This document shows positions 49,415 through 58,777 of a stretch of DNA of 64,000 bases, piece by piece (positions within the stretch are counted from its first letter, which is position 1; each line of letters starts with the position of its first letter). This DNA comes from Waddliaceae bacterium. GTDB lineage: Bacteria; Chlamydiota; Chlamydiia; Chlamydiales; Waddliaceae. A program made the translations under genes and the position numbers. Below the pieces are notes generated by a model. The model had not been told where the DNA came from. It worked only from the letters and a program-made list of their open reading frames with translations, and did no database searches. The stretch covers positions 416,001-480,000 of the forward strand of contig CAVRUH010000007.1 in assembly GCA_963724325.1 (NCBI GenBank). The letters are read 5' to 3'.

Positions 49415-50885
49415 GGAAAGGAACGGTAAAGTTTGACCCCCTAAAATTGGAGGTCATACCATGTTTCAGTCCAATGTGCTTTTCAAGGCTTATTCGCACT
49501 GTTCAGGGCTTAGAAAAAGAGCTTGGATTACGAAAGTAATCGTAATCATTCAGAAGGCAACTAATTTATTGTTGTTAGCTGAGGGAGAGGGGGCCACGGC
49601 TACTTCTTTGGGCCAACGCCCCTCCGGGGGCGGTAAAATAATCATTCGATGCCTGAAAATAATTCACCGTGCCCCTTCGGTCGAGGGGGCCACGGCTACT
49701 TCTTTGGGTAATCTCATACTAACCAATAAATATATAAAAATAAATAGAAATAAAGCCCCAAATGGGTTATCTCATTGTAGTAACCAAACCATCAAGGAGG
49801 TGTAAACCATGGGGCATAGTTCATATTTAACATATTGTATAGGAAAAGGTAAAGCATATCCTTTCGGATTTAAGTTAGATGCGGTGTTCGCAGCTGAGGA
49901 ACTTGGCAAAAAACCAGCGGCTAAAAAGTTTAAAATAGCTTTAAATACATTGAAATCTTGGATTAAAGAATTCCAAAAACATGGCAAGCAAGGCCTAATC
50001 GATAAGAGAAAGGGACCCAATTTTATTCCACATAAAATTCCTCCTGACGAGGAAGAAAGGATAGTTAGCATTCGCACGATGGCACCTTGTTTTGGCCCTA
50101 ATAGAATAAAGTTCTACTTCAATGTAAATTGTTCTGTTGGAGCTATTCGTCGGGTTATTCGATCTCATAATCTTACTAAGAAACAAAAGAAAAAGCAGGA
50201 GAAAAAAAGAGACTTAAGAGCTGTTAAGGCTAAGCGTGCATCGATGACGTATCTGCAGATGGATGTAAAATACTTAACGGACATTCCTAACTATTGGGAA
50301 CAGATAAAACCTATGGGATTACCCAGGTTCCAATATACCGTCCGTGATTCTAAGTCAGGAATGCTATTCTTGGGGTATTCTGATGAGCTATCGGAATTAA
50401 ATGCACGTACGATGATTGATCATATAATAAGCGAAATGAAGCTCGATTTACCCTTTGATATCGAGAAACTTAATGTGCAAACGGATAATGGATCTGAATT
50501 TAGCGGTCAAGCAAGGAGAGTAGAAACAGCTCCCTTTGTTCAAATGATTGAAAAGACCCATGGGGCTAATCATAATTACATAAGACCTGGTCATTGTAAT
50601 GCAAATGCGGATGTTGAATCATCACATCAAACGATTGAAGTTGAATTTTTTGACTTAATAAAGGTTAAGAATCGAGATGACTTCTTCAAAAAGATCGAGT
50701 CGTATCGGTTATATTTTAATTTCACGAGGGTGAATTTTTCTAAAGGTAAAAAAACACCGCAACAAATTTGCGCAAGTGATTGGAATATAGATGTTTCTTA
50801 TAATTTTTCCTTGATAAAAACTGTGGATTTAGATAAAATAAGTACATTCTCGTATCAACGGGGTCAATCTTTACCTGATTTTACC
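49415..50885 (+). mobile_element. IS481-like (integrase-core DDE) insertion sequence
   Basis: 26-bp imperfect IRs ending GGTAAAG(T/A)TTGACCCC; 15-bp direct repeat GAAAAATTTATAAAA at 49399-49413 and 50886-50900. Confidence 0.85.
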
Positions 50886-50981
50886 GAAAAATTTATAAAA
50901 CTGTTTTCATTTCTTAAATATTCCTTTGAGGATGTCTTTGGCCTGTGCTTCAATGCCCTTTTTGCTGGAATCTGTTTCTGA
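49809..50981 (+). CDS. HTH + integrase-core (rve) transposase
   Basis: N-terminal HTH; QMDVKY, QTDNGSEF and NADVESSH give the D-D-E triad; AGGAGG RBS; reads past the IS end. Confidence 0.9.
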   Translation: MGHSSYLTYCIGKGKAYPFGFKLDAVFAAEELGKKPAAKKFKIALNTLKSWIKEFQKHGKQGLIDKRKGPNFIPHKIPPDEEERIVSIRTMAPCFGPNRIKFYFNVNCSVGAIRRVIRSHNLTKKQKKKQEKKRDLRAVKAKRASMTYLQMDVKYLTDIPNYWEQIKPMGLPRFQYTVRDSKSGMLFLGYSDELSELNARTMIDHIISEMKLDLPFDIEKLNVQTDNGSEFSGQARRVETAPFVQMIEKTHGANHNYIRPGHCNANADVESSHQTIEVEFFDLIKVKNRDDFFKKIESYRLYFNFTRVNFSKGKKTPQQICASDWNIDVSYNFSLIKTVDLDKISTFSYQRGQSLPDFTEKFIKLFSFLKYSFEDVFGLCFNALFAGICF

Positions 50982-53102
50982 AACTGAGCTGGATTTCATT
51001 TGGTCAGCCCAAGGTAGGGGATTTGTCGTCGGTGCGGGTGTTTTCTCTCTGCTGCTTCCATTGGCAATATCTAAGACTGTCCCTATAAGCAAACCTTCCG
51101 GGCTTCCTTTTTGCTTGGCAGCAAGGGACCCAATACGGGCTATTGCCATGCTAGTATCGACCTTAGGTTTATCAAGCTTCCCTTTTACCGGTATCTGTAA
51201 CAGACTATTAGCTGCCAATCCCTTTACGTTAAACGCATTTTCAAGAGCTCTATCCGAAATTCCAAGAGTTGCATCAATATAATCCCTAGCTAAATCAATT
51301 TTTCCCCAAAAGGCCAATGGATAACGGTCCATCAAAAGAAAATCAGTGCGGGAAATCTCAACAAGTCCATCATCTACGCTAAAATACTGTGGAGTAAACC
51401 AAATAGACACATTATCATTTGAATTCGCATTCAAAAATTTTGCTATTTTTTTGACTTCTCCCTTATTTCTAAAAATCAGCTTCCCTAATTCTAGCTTTGC
51501 CTTTTTAATCTTCACCATATTGATATCGAAGTCGGATACTGGAACTACAAATCCCTCTGGATCAATCAAAATACTCATTGGAGAATCTCCTGTCAAAAGC
51601 TCTCCAAGTGGAGGAAGATACTCCCGAAATAACTCGCGCCCCAGCTGCTCCGACGGCTGAGTTTGCAAATAGAGGGGGGCCTTCAATGTCAGCATGTTAT
51701 CCGTGATCAATCCCTTAAATACCAAGTATCCATTGTTTCCCTTCAAATCAACATTGGCATAACCATGTGTGCCGTTCGTGTCCACTTCTATCTCAGTATC
51801 AATAAGGTGCCCAAAAATAGGAGCAAATACATTCTGTCCTGAAAAGATCTCAAAAAAGTGAGCTGGGACCTGTTTCCCTTGCAAAAATGCATTTATACGT
51901 GATTCATCGTCAATGTACTTAACCTTTCCGTTAATTTTTCCTGCCTCAGCAACGTTCCCGTTCAGATTTGCAGAAAAATCTCTTTTCACTCCATTATACG
52001 CCCAAACAATATGTAAATCCGAAAGTAAATGCTTTTTACCTTCATCAATAAAAATCAACTTGCCAATGGAAAAGGAACCAGAAAGATTTTCTTGGCTTAT
52101 GTCATTTAACGTTACCACAACCTCAGGAACTTCTATATTGTCTGAAAAGATTCCCACTGAAAATTTCGAAAAGTCAGCTCCTGTACCCTGAAGAGACACT
52201 GAAATCAAGTCGCCAAATGTATTTTGAAAACGTTCGCCTTCTCCATAAATTTCATCTAAAAGTGCAGCAGGAACTTCCTTAATCTGAATGTTATAACTAT
52301 TCATAGCAGTAAGTAAAGTTGTAAGATTATCTACAGACTTAGGTTGGTCAAAATTAACTGTGGCAGCCCAAGAAATCGGTTTCGACTGAGAGTTCCCCAC
52401 CAATTTTAGTTCAAAATGATCATTTACCATTGACTTATCAACTGAAATATTCAAGCTTTTTCCCAATAATTTTGGAAGCATGCCAAATAAATCAGGGTTT
52501 TTCGAGGTAGCTAGCGCATCTAAAATTCCCACGGGAAAGTCCTTTATATCAGCTTTTACATGAAGATTTTCATCTTTCACTGCCATTTCAATATCAAAAC
52601 TGCCCTTCAGATTTTCTTGTTTCGTTATTCCAGATAACTTCGCTGTAAATTGTTGGTCTGACTTTGGATAATATTGCAGTTGCATATCAGTTAAAACAAG
52701 AGGGGAGGGAAGGTCCAGCAAAAGGTCAGCACCTAAACTTTCCTCCAAATTAGTCTTTCCAGAGGGTTCTTTAATAATATTTAGATTTAATGCCAATATA
52801 TCAGTTTTCTTATCAAATTGCGAATTAAATAAAACAGCGAACAAAGAACTATCGGTAGAAAATTTTTCGAATTCGGCAACAATTGCATCATCAGCATCAC
52901 GCAACGTGAACTTTTCAATATGAATGCCCCCAAACCAACTCAAAGAATAGTTTTCAATCTCAATTCGCCCCGGAATATACGAGTTCAAATGTTCAACAAC
53001 CGCTGGCTGAAAAGATTTTCGAGAAAGAAGAGTGGGGAGTGCCGCGACAGTGATGACCGCCAACACGACTGATGTGAACACAATTTTTGTAACAAGCTTC
53101 AT
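50907..53102 (-). CDS. AsmA-like large envelope protein
   Basis: N-terminal TM then LPTLLS, SLSWFGG; beta-rich body; GKIDL...IPVKGKLDKPKVD C-terminus. Confidence 0.65.
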   Translation of the reverse strand: MKLVTKIVFTSVVLAVITVAALPTLLSRKSFQPAVVEHLNSYIPGRIEIENYSLSWFGGIHIEKFTLRDADDAIVAEFEKFSTDSSLFAVLFNSQFDKKTDILALNLNIIKEPSGKTNLEESLGADLLLDLPSPLVLTDMQLQYYPKSDQQFTAKLSGITKQENLKGSFDIEMAVKDENLHVKADIKDFPVGILDALATSKNPDLFGMLPKLLGKSLNISVDKSMVNDHFELKLVGNSQSKPISWAATVNFDQPKSVDNLTTLLTAMNSYNIQIKEVPAALLDEIYGEGERFQNTFGDLISVSLQGTGADFSKFSVGIFSDNIEVPEVVVTLNDISQENLSGSFSIGKLIFIDEGKKHLLSDLHIVWAYNGVKRDFSANLNGNVAEAGKINGKVKYIDDESRINAFLQGKQVPAHFFEIFSGQNVFAPIFGHLIDTEIEVDTNGTHGYANVDLKGNNGYLVFKGLITDNMLTLKAPLYLQTQPSEQLGRELFREYLPPLGELLTGDSPMSILIDPEGFVVPVSDFDINMVKIKKAKLELGKLIFRNKGEVKKIAKFLNANSNDNVSIWFTPQYFSVDDGLVEISRTDFLLMDRYPLAFWGKIDLARDYIDATLGISDRALENAFNVKGLAANSLLQIPVKGKLDKPKVDTSMAIARIGSLAAKQKGSPEGLLIGTVLDIANGSSREKTPAPTTNPLPWADQMKSSSVSETDSSKKGIEAQAKDILKGIFKK

Positions 53103-53193
53103 GGAAACCACCTGACTTAAAGCATTATTATAGCAAAAAACAGGTCAAAACAAAACAGAAAAAGAACAAAAGATAAACTGCGCCAGAAGAGGT

Positions 53194-53358
53194 ACAGGAT
53201 GTGCATGATCGCAAGCGGCAGGATATGAATGATTGATGTAACTTCTTATCCTGCTTTAAAATAAAAAGTAATCGACATCATCTTCCTATCATCCTTCATA
53301 TCCTGTTTTCCTTTTGGAGGGAGTTAACAAGGTATCGATGTAAAAATGCACATCCTGT
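53194..53358. repeat. Degenerate copy of the palindromic family
   Basis: ACAGGATGTGCATGATCGCAAGCGGCAGGATATGAA ... ATCCTTCATATCCTGTT ... ATGCACATCCTGT (13-bp terminal IR). Confidence 0.8.
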
Positions 53359-53362
53359 TTTT

Positions 53363-53875
53363 TTAGAAGCCGATGCCGTATTTTACATACACGACAGGGA
53401 AATCTAATCTTGATTTATTATGAAATCCGGTGTTACCCACATTTGCCCAAGTTGGACCCTGCACATGAGCTTCGAGGAAATTCTTGGTCCCCTCAGATTG
53501 ACGGAATTCCTTTCCAATAACAAAGTCAGGAGCTATTGTCCAAGCGCGATCTCCATCTCTATGCTTATTGGTAAAAATGATGCCTCCAGCTGCCCCGGCA
53601 CCTAAATAGACTGGGTTACGGTTAAATGGCTTTGGGTAAAAATGGTACACGGCAATTCCTTGAAACTGATGTGCAACGAAAATAGTTGAATAGTTAGCAG
53701 AAATATCGAATCCCTTTCGACCTTCATGCGAGCGGTGACCAACGCCAATGCTTGGGATGAGCACAACAGGGCCGGTTCCTACAGTGAAATAATTAAAAGA
53801 TGTGCAACTTTCACACTCACGAGCAGATACCTGCATGGTGACTAAAGTAAGTAATGTCAATATAATTTTTTTCAT
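53363..53875 (-). CDS. Small exported beta-barrel-like outer membrane protein
   Basis: Signal peptide, alternating beta-strands, ends YVKYGIGF. Confidence 0.6.
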   Translation of the reverse strand: MKKIILTLLTLVTMQVSARECESCTSFNYFTVGTGPVVLIPSIGVGHRSHEGRKGFDISANYSTIFVAHQFQGIAVYHFYPKPFNRNPVYLGAGAAGGIIFTNKHRDGDRAWTIAPDFVIGKEFRQSEGTKNFLEAHVQGPTWANVGNTGFHNKSRLDFPVVYVKYGIGF

Positions 53876-53962
53876 GTTAAGTTCTCCTTGTTTTCTCCAT
53901 TTATTGAAGAAAACAAGTAAGGTTATATGCGAAGCTATGTTTAATTCATAGTAAAATAAGTA

Positions 53963-54544
53963 TTACTTAGGCGCCATCTGGTCATAATATTTTGCAAACC
54001 AAGCCGAATGACCACCTATCTTTTGATAATGATAGTGCTCCTCAAAGTTGCTGTAAGTGGGGAGTAAAGCTGATTTCGGAAAAATTCCCAAATCAATTCC
54101 TCGCTGAGCCATTGCCGCAGCCCTCTTTGAATTTGTGTATTCCTGAAATTCCATGGATCTTATAAATGTTTCTTTATCCATCTTACCTTGAGAAACTAAG
54201 TCATAAAGTTTTTCAATAACGGCTGTAGAAAAGGCATTTTGCATTTCGAATAGCATGGAGCCAATAATTCGACCTTCAGATTCATGAAACTCTGGATTAA
54301 TACAAATGACTCGTTGATCGACATCCCAATAAGCTCCAAACTTCTTGCCAAGTTCATGCTCGGAGATAGCAAAGCGAATAGGACCTTCCTTTTGAATGGT
54401 TGTAATCAATTCTCGTGCTTCAGGAAGCTGTCGTATCTTATCGATACAGCCCTGAACCAACTCTGCAGAGCTGGTTTCAGCAAAAAGACTTACTATAAAA
54501 AATAATGAAATAATCAATAAACATTTGCGTAGCATCTTAAACAT
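53963..54544 (-). CDS. Hypothetical exported protein
   Basis: Start MFKMLRK with GAGG RBS and signal peptide; LFEMQNA...EFQEY. Confidence 0.7.
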   Translation of the reverse strand: MFKMLRKCLLIISLFFIVSLFAETSSAELVQGCIDKIRQLPEARELITTIQKEGPIRFAISEHELGKKFGAYWDVDQRVICINPEFHESEGRIIGSMLFEMQNAFSTAVIEKLYDLVSQGKMDKETFIRSMEFQEYTNSKRAAAMAQRGIDLGIFPKSALLPTYSNFEEHYHYQKIGGHSAWFAKYYDQMAPK

Positions 54545-54618
54545 AATCCCTCTTTGATGTATAAAAAAGAAATAATAGTAGCATGACATGATTTGGATGT
54601 AAAGATAAAAGGCATTGA

Positions 54619-54773
54619 GCTGTGGCCTGCTCTCTCCGAGAGCAGGTTTGGTATGGGACGATAGCAAGGCAAACTATCGGTATAGGATGATTTTCAGTGC
54701 GGTGCGCTCCTCTTGGGAACTACCTTAATTTCGTTGTGTACCAAGCCTGCTCTCGGAGAGAGCAGGCCACAGC
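54619..54773. repeat. REPIN-like doublet of two inverted GTGG-type REP hairpins
   Basis: 35-bp arms (54619-54653, 54739-54773; 1 mismatch), each GTGG + CCTGCTCTC-TCC-GAGAGCAGG hairpin. Confidence 0.8.
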
Positions 54774-54778
54774 ACGTA

Positions 54779-54806
54779 TGGTCTGATAATGTATGTTATG
54801 TTGTGT
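54779..54806 (+). other. dif-like XerC/XerD site
   Basis: TGGTCTGATAA-TGTATG-TTATGTTGTGT vs E. coli GGTGCGCATAA-TGTATA-TTATGTTAAAT. Confidence 0.5.
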
Positions 54807-54837
54807 TTTATGAGAAAACTACACTTCGTGTTGTTAC

Positions 54838-56607
54838 TTAGACTTTTGCGAAGTTGCCGAATTTGGGTTGGACAACTTTGATTAGATCTGAGGACCTCAT
54901 TGCAATTGATTCAGACTGCAACCCGCAACTGAAAGAGATCTTGTCGCAATCTTTAATCTTCTCATCGAAATAAGTGTCAAGATTTAACAGAGGTCCAAAA
55001 GGAGGGATTCCTCCGACTGCGACACCAAAGCGCTCTAAAATCACATGCGCATCTTCAAATTCACACTTCTCTCCTACCATATCGGCCACGGCCTTCATGT
55101 CGAGCTTTAAATGCGTTAAAATATTCACTTGGTAATTCTTTTTGCTCGATTTACCTCTCAAAATAAGGGCCTTAATCCCCCCTTCCTTTTGCTCTTCATT
55201 GACCTTATGGATAAAATCAAACTCATGATGCTTTAAGAGTCTGATAATCTCATTCCTCACGTTTTCAGAGCCAAAGAAGATATGTGCTTTAATGCGATTT
55301 CCTGCAATTCTTTTTGGATCCGATGGAAATAAAGATGCTTCACGTATATTCTTTAGACCTAATATGGTCATGGTCAACCTTTCTAACCCCATGCCGAATC
55401 CACCGTGCGGCGGCATGCCGTATTTGAATATGCTGAGATAATCTTCGAAATTATTGGGATCCATATTTTTAGATTTTATTCCTGCAACCATGGAGTCAAA
55501 TGTATGTCTTCGTTGTCCGCCAGAAGTAATTTCTGTTCCAGCACAAAGCAAATCGAATGTATTGGTAAGTTCGGGATTCCCATCTTGCGGATACGAATAG
55601 AAAGGTCTCTTAATGGTCTTCCAATCTATAATAAATATTAGGTCGGTACCAAATTTTTCCTTGGCATAGCGGCAAAGCTCTCTTTCTGCCGCTGGACTCA
55701 AATCAGGTTCATTTCGTTCGTCAACACCGGTTCTTTGAAAGAACAGCTCCTGCGCTTCGGCGAAGGTAAGTCTTGGGAATGGCACATCCTTCGGCGCTTT
55801 AATGATTTCTCCACCTAAAGTGGCTATTTCTGGAGCGCAGTTTTCATGTAGATAACTGACGATGAATTTAATGCAATTTTCTTGGACATCTAAAACTTCA
55901 TGCCAGTGTTCGAAAAAGCCCATTTCAAACTCAAATTGCTTTCCTTCTGTCAGGTGACGCGGGGTATTTGAATTTTCAGCACGGAAAAATGGCATAAGAG
56001 CAAAAACTCTTTCATTAACTCCTACCATAATCTGTTTATAAAGCTGACTGCTTTGCGCCAATGTTGCTGTGTAACCAAAGTAATCGACAGAAAAGAATTC
56101 GGCTCCCCCTTCAGAAGAAGCGCCAATCAAATTTGGGGCAAAATATTCAACGGCTCCTATAGTATCATACATAAACAGACGATAAGCATGGGCGATGGCC
56201 GATTGAATTTTAAAAACTGCTTGTATTTGCCTATTGCGCAAAGATATGGGGCGGTGATCGAGGATAAAGTCGAGTTCATTTATCAGTTTTGGCTTTTGAT
56301 ATTCAATAGGTGAAACATCGTAGATGGGTACTTCAACTGTAATTTGAGGATGCGTAAGCTCAACCTTCAAATCTGCATGCTCAGAAGCAGCTACCATTCC
56401 TTTAATTCTTAGAATTGTGCCAGATTGGAGATGGGCTATTTTCTGGTATTCATTTTTATCCTCGATGATCACTTGGATGAACCCTGTTCGGTCGCGTAGG
56501 ATTAAAAAAATCACTTTTCCGAGAGCTCGAACATTATTTATCCAGCCCCGGACTTCTACTTCTTTACTGACATGTTCAAACAATTGATTTGCTAAAACTC
56601 GATCCAT
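54838..56607 (-). CDS. aspS: Archaeal-type (likely non-discriminating) aspartyl-tRNA synthetase with C-terminal YbaK/ProX-like domain
   Basis: VRGWI, ILRDRTG, LAQSSQLYKQ, FRAE.S.T.RHL, YGMPPHGGFGMGLERL; tail KALIL...GGIPPFG. Confidence 0.88.
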   Translation of the reverse strand: MDRVLANQLFEHVSKEVEVRGWINNVRALGKVIFLILRDRTGFIQVIIEDKNEYQKIAHLQSGTILRIKGMVAASEHADLKVELTHPQITVEVPIYDVSPIEYQKPKLINELDFILDHRPISLRNRQIQAVFKIQSAIAHAYRLFMYDTIGAVEYFAPNLIGASSEGGAEFFSVDYFGYTATLAQSSQLYKQIMVGVNERVFALMPFFRAENSNTPRHLTEGKQFEFEMGFFEHWHEVLDVQENCIKFIVSYLHENCAPEIATLGGEIIKAPKDVPFPRLTFAEAQELFFQRTGVDERNEPDLSPAAERELCRYAKEKFGTDLIFIIDWKTIKRPFYSYPQDGNPELTNTFDLLCAGTEITSGGQRRHTFDSMVAGIKSKNMDPNNFEDYLSIFKYGMPPHGGFGMGLERLTMTILGLKNIREASLFPSDPKRIAGNRIKAHIFFGSENVRNEIIRLLKHHEFDFIHKVNEEQKEGGIKALILRGKSSKKNYQVNILTHLKLDMKAVADMVGEKCEFEDAHVILERFGVAVGGIPPFGPLLNLDTYFDEKIKDCDKISFSCGLQSESIAMRSSDLIKVVQPKFGNFAKV

Positions 56608-56661
56608 ATATGCTCCATTCTTTATGAAGCTCTATCTTATCAAAAGTGAACAAAAAAAGAA

Positions 56662-56690
56662 AGGAGCGGATCGAGATTTCGATCCGCTCC
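56662..56690 (-). terminator. Intrinsic terminator
   Basis: GGAGCGGATCGA...TCGATCCGCTCC followed by a U-rich run on the minus strand. Confidence 0.8.
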
Positions 56691-56704
56691 CTGGAAAAGA
56701 AGGA

Positions 56705-57208
56705 TTACTTCTTACCTTTTTCTGGGCAACATGGATTTCCACATGTATGCTTCCAATAATATTCTGGAACATATTCACAGTGTTCTTCGCAAACCATTTT
56801 CTTTACGGTTTTGCAATCTGGCACTTCATATGTTTCTTTTCTCATTCTTGTGCAGCATTCTGTATAATACTCAGGAACCATTCTGCAACGCTTCACTTCG
56901 TATTGTTCAGGAACTTCTCTGCAGCAAGTTTTTGTGCATGGAATTTGTTCTTCTACACATTTTTGTGTGGTGTAGTAGCGTGGGCAGTAACGCACATATA
57001 AGCAATAGCATTCACCAGTAGCTTGATCTTCTGGATTTGCAGGATGCTCAGCTGGGCATTCATTATTTGCTTCAGCTCTGCTTGGATTATTCTTTGAAGC
57101 CTTTGTAGCTTTTGCAGATTGATCCATTTTAGCTGGTTCATCTGAATATCCGTACTGTGTACAGAATAGACAGCAAGCCAATATTGTTAATGATAAAAAT
57201 TTCTTCAT
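56705..57208 (-). CDS. Cysteine-rich exported protein
   Basis: GGAGG RBS, signal peptide, 17 Cys in the mature part, repeated C..VPE.Y units. Confidence 0.8.
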   Translation of the reverse strand: MKKFLSLTILACCLFCTQYGYSDEPAKMDQSAKATKASKNNPSRAEANNECPAEHPANPEDQATGECYCLYVRYCPRYYTTQKCVEEQIPCTKTCCREVPEQYEVKRCRMVPEYYTECCTRMRKETYEVPDCKTVKKMVCEEHCEYVPEYYWKHTCGNPCCPEKGKK

Positions 57209-57448
57209 AATAATCTCCTCCATGGAGTTAATTTAGAAACATCTTTTGCAAAATGTCTAAGGATCATTATCCTTATCTAATTTCACATATGCACTATTTC
57301 CTTATTTTGGTAAATATTTTTTTTATAAAAAAATCTACTATAATTAAAATAATTTATAACTATATAAGCATGAGAGAGATATGTATGTGCTTGCGCAAAT
57401 TCTCTCACATGCGTACAATGATTCTGTTAATATACAAAGGACAGAAAA

Positions 57449-57613
57449 ATGACGCCAATCACCAAATTTCTCATGATTTTCATGATGACATGTGCTTTAA
57501 CCTCTTGCTATAGAATGCCTAATGATGATGAGTATTCTCTCGTACCGGCAACAAATAACCCTGATGTAACTAGAGGCGTTGGCGAAAGCATGATGCCTGG
57601 AGCAGGCTTCTAA
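57449..57613 (+). CDS. Small lipoprotein (54 aa), absent from the ORF track
   Basis: AAGGA RBS; MTPITKFLMIFMMTCALTSC (lipobox LTSC) YRMPNDDEYSLVPATNNPDVTR... Confidence 0.72.
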   Translation: MTPITKFLMIFMMTCALTSCYRMPNDDEYSLVPATNNPDVTRGVGESMMPGAGF

Positions 57614-57634
57614 ACTATGCTAGGAGGCGATTTT

Positions 57635-58081
57635 ATGTTACCATTAAATCTTGAAAACATTCTGCAATTTCTCAAAGATGAGGGATACGAGGCACATATT
57701 CAAGCAGAAACTGGACAGATTTATTGCATACTAAAAATTCTGCGCCAAGACTTTCCTCTTTTTATTAGGATATTTGAAGAGAGTAAGTTGCTTCAATTAA
57801 TTGTATTCATTCCCAGCGCAATCAAAGAGGGGGCCTTCAATGATGCAGGGAGGCTTTTACACCTGATAAATAAGCAAATTGATGTTCCTGGTTTTGGAAT
57901 GGATGAAACTGCCAAAATCCCATTTTATCGGATCATGCTCCCCTCTTTTGAATCTCAAATTGACAGTGTAATGCTGAAATCGTATTTGCACTCAATGAAG
58001 ATTATTTGCGAAAATTTTGCCCCCACTATTATAACAGTTGCTAATGGAGCTGCCACTTTTGAAGGGGTGCAAAAAAGATGA
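57635..58081 (+). CDS. mcsc: Type III secretion chaperone Mcsc (CT260-like)
   Basis: PLFIRI...LLQLI...RLLHLINKQIDVPGFGMDE...FYRIMLP; immediately upstream of dnaQ as in Chlamydia. Confidence 0.85.
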   Translation: MLPLNLENILQFLKDEGYEAHIQAETGQIYCILKILRQDFPLFIRIFEESKLLQLIVFIPSAIKEGAFNDAGRLLHLINKQIDVPGFGMDETAKIPFYRIMLPSFESQIDSVMLKSYLHSMKIICENFAPTIITVANGAATFEGVQKR

Positions 58082-58776
58082 GTCTGAGGCCTATATATTA
58101 CGATACGGAAACAACGGGAATTAAGACGGATAAAGATCGCATTGTTGAAATCGCTGCGTTTGATCCTGTTCAGGATCGTACTTTTGAAATGCTAATTAAT
58201 CCGGGTATTCCCATACCGTCAGAAGCATCGGCTATTCATAAAATTACTGATGAAATGGTTAAAAACTCCCCTTCATTTGCTGAGGCCGGAAGAGAATTTT
58301 TGTCTTTTTGTGCAGGTGATGTTATATTAATAGCACATAATAATGACAATTTTGACCTGCCTATGATTAAAAGTGAATTTGCAAGGCATAGCATTGAATT
58401 CCCCGCTTTGAAAACATTGGATTCATTGAAGTGGGCCAGGAGGTATCGACCCGATTTGCCTAGGCATCCTTTGCAATTCTTACGGGAAATTTATGGAATT
58501 CCATCGAATAATGCTCACCGCGCTTTGGATGACGTCATTGTGTTGCATCAGATATTTAGTCAGATGATTGATGATTTGACAATGGAACAGGTTGTTGAGC
58601 TCATGGAGAAGCCGAAGGCTGTGGGTCGTATGCCATTTGGAAAATATCAAGGGCAGCCGCTGAAAGACGTTCCATCTAGTTATATCGCCTGGCTAAAGGC
58701 TAATGGAGCCCTCGACAAGCCTGAAAACAAAGAACTCAAAGAAACTTTCACACAACTTGGTCTTCTTTCGGTTTAA
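58078..58776 (+). CDS. dnaQ: DEDDh exonuclease (DNA pol III epsilon-like) with DUF3820-like tail
   Basis: YDTETTG, AHNNDNFD, HRALDD; MPFGKYQG tail. Confidence 0.9.
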   Translation: MSLRPIYYDTETTGIKTDKDRIVEIAAFDPVQDRTFEMLINPGIPIPSEASAIHKITDEMVKNSPSFAEAGREFLSFCAGDVILIAHNNDNFDLPMIKSEFARHSIEFPALKTLDSLKWARRYRPDLPRHPLQFLREIYGIPSNNAHRALDDVIVLHQIFSQMIDDLTMEQVVELMEKPKAVGRMPFGKYQGQPLKDVPSSYIAWLKANGALDKPENKELKETFTQLGLLSV

Positions 58777-58777
58777 A

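Noticed and set aside
49587..49708. Mini-CRISPR from the two 26-bp repeats
   Set aside because: Only two copies, a 70-nt structured interval, located inside an IS, no cas genes
54545..54667. Longer start for the 53963 ORF
   Set aside because: The extension crosses the REP arm; signal peptide and RBS fit 54544
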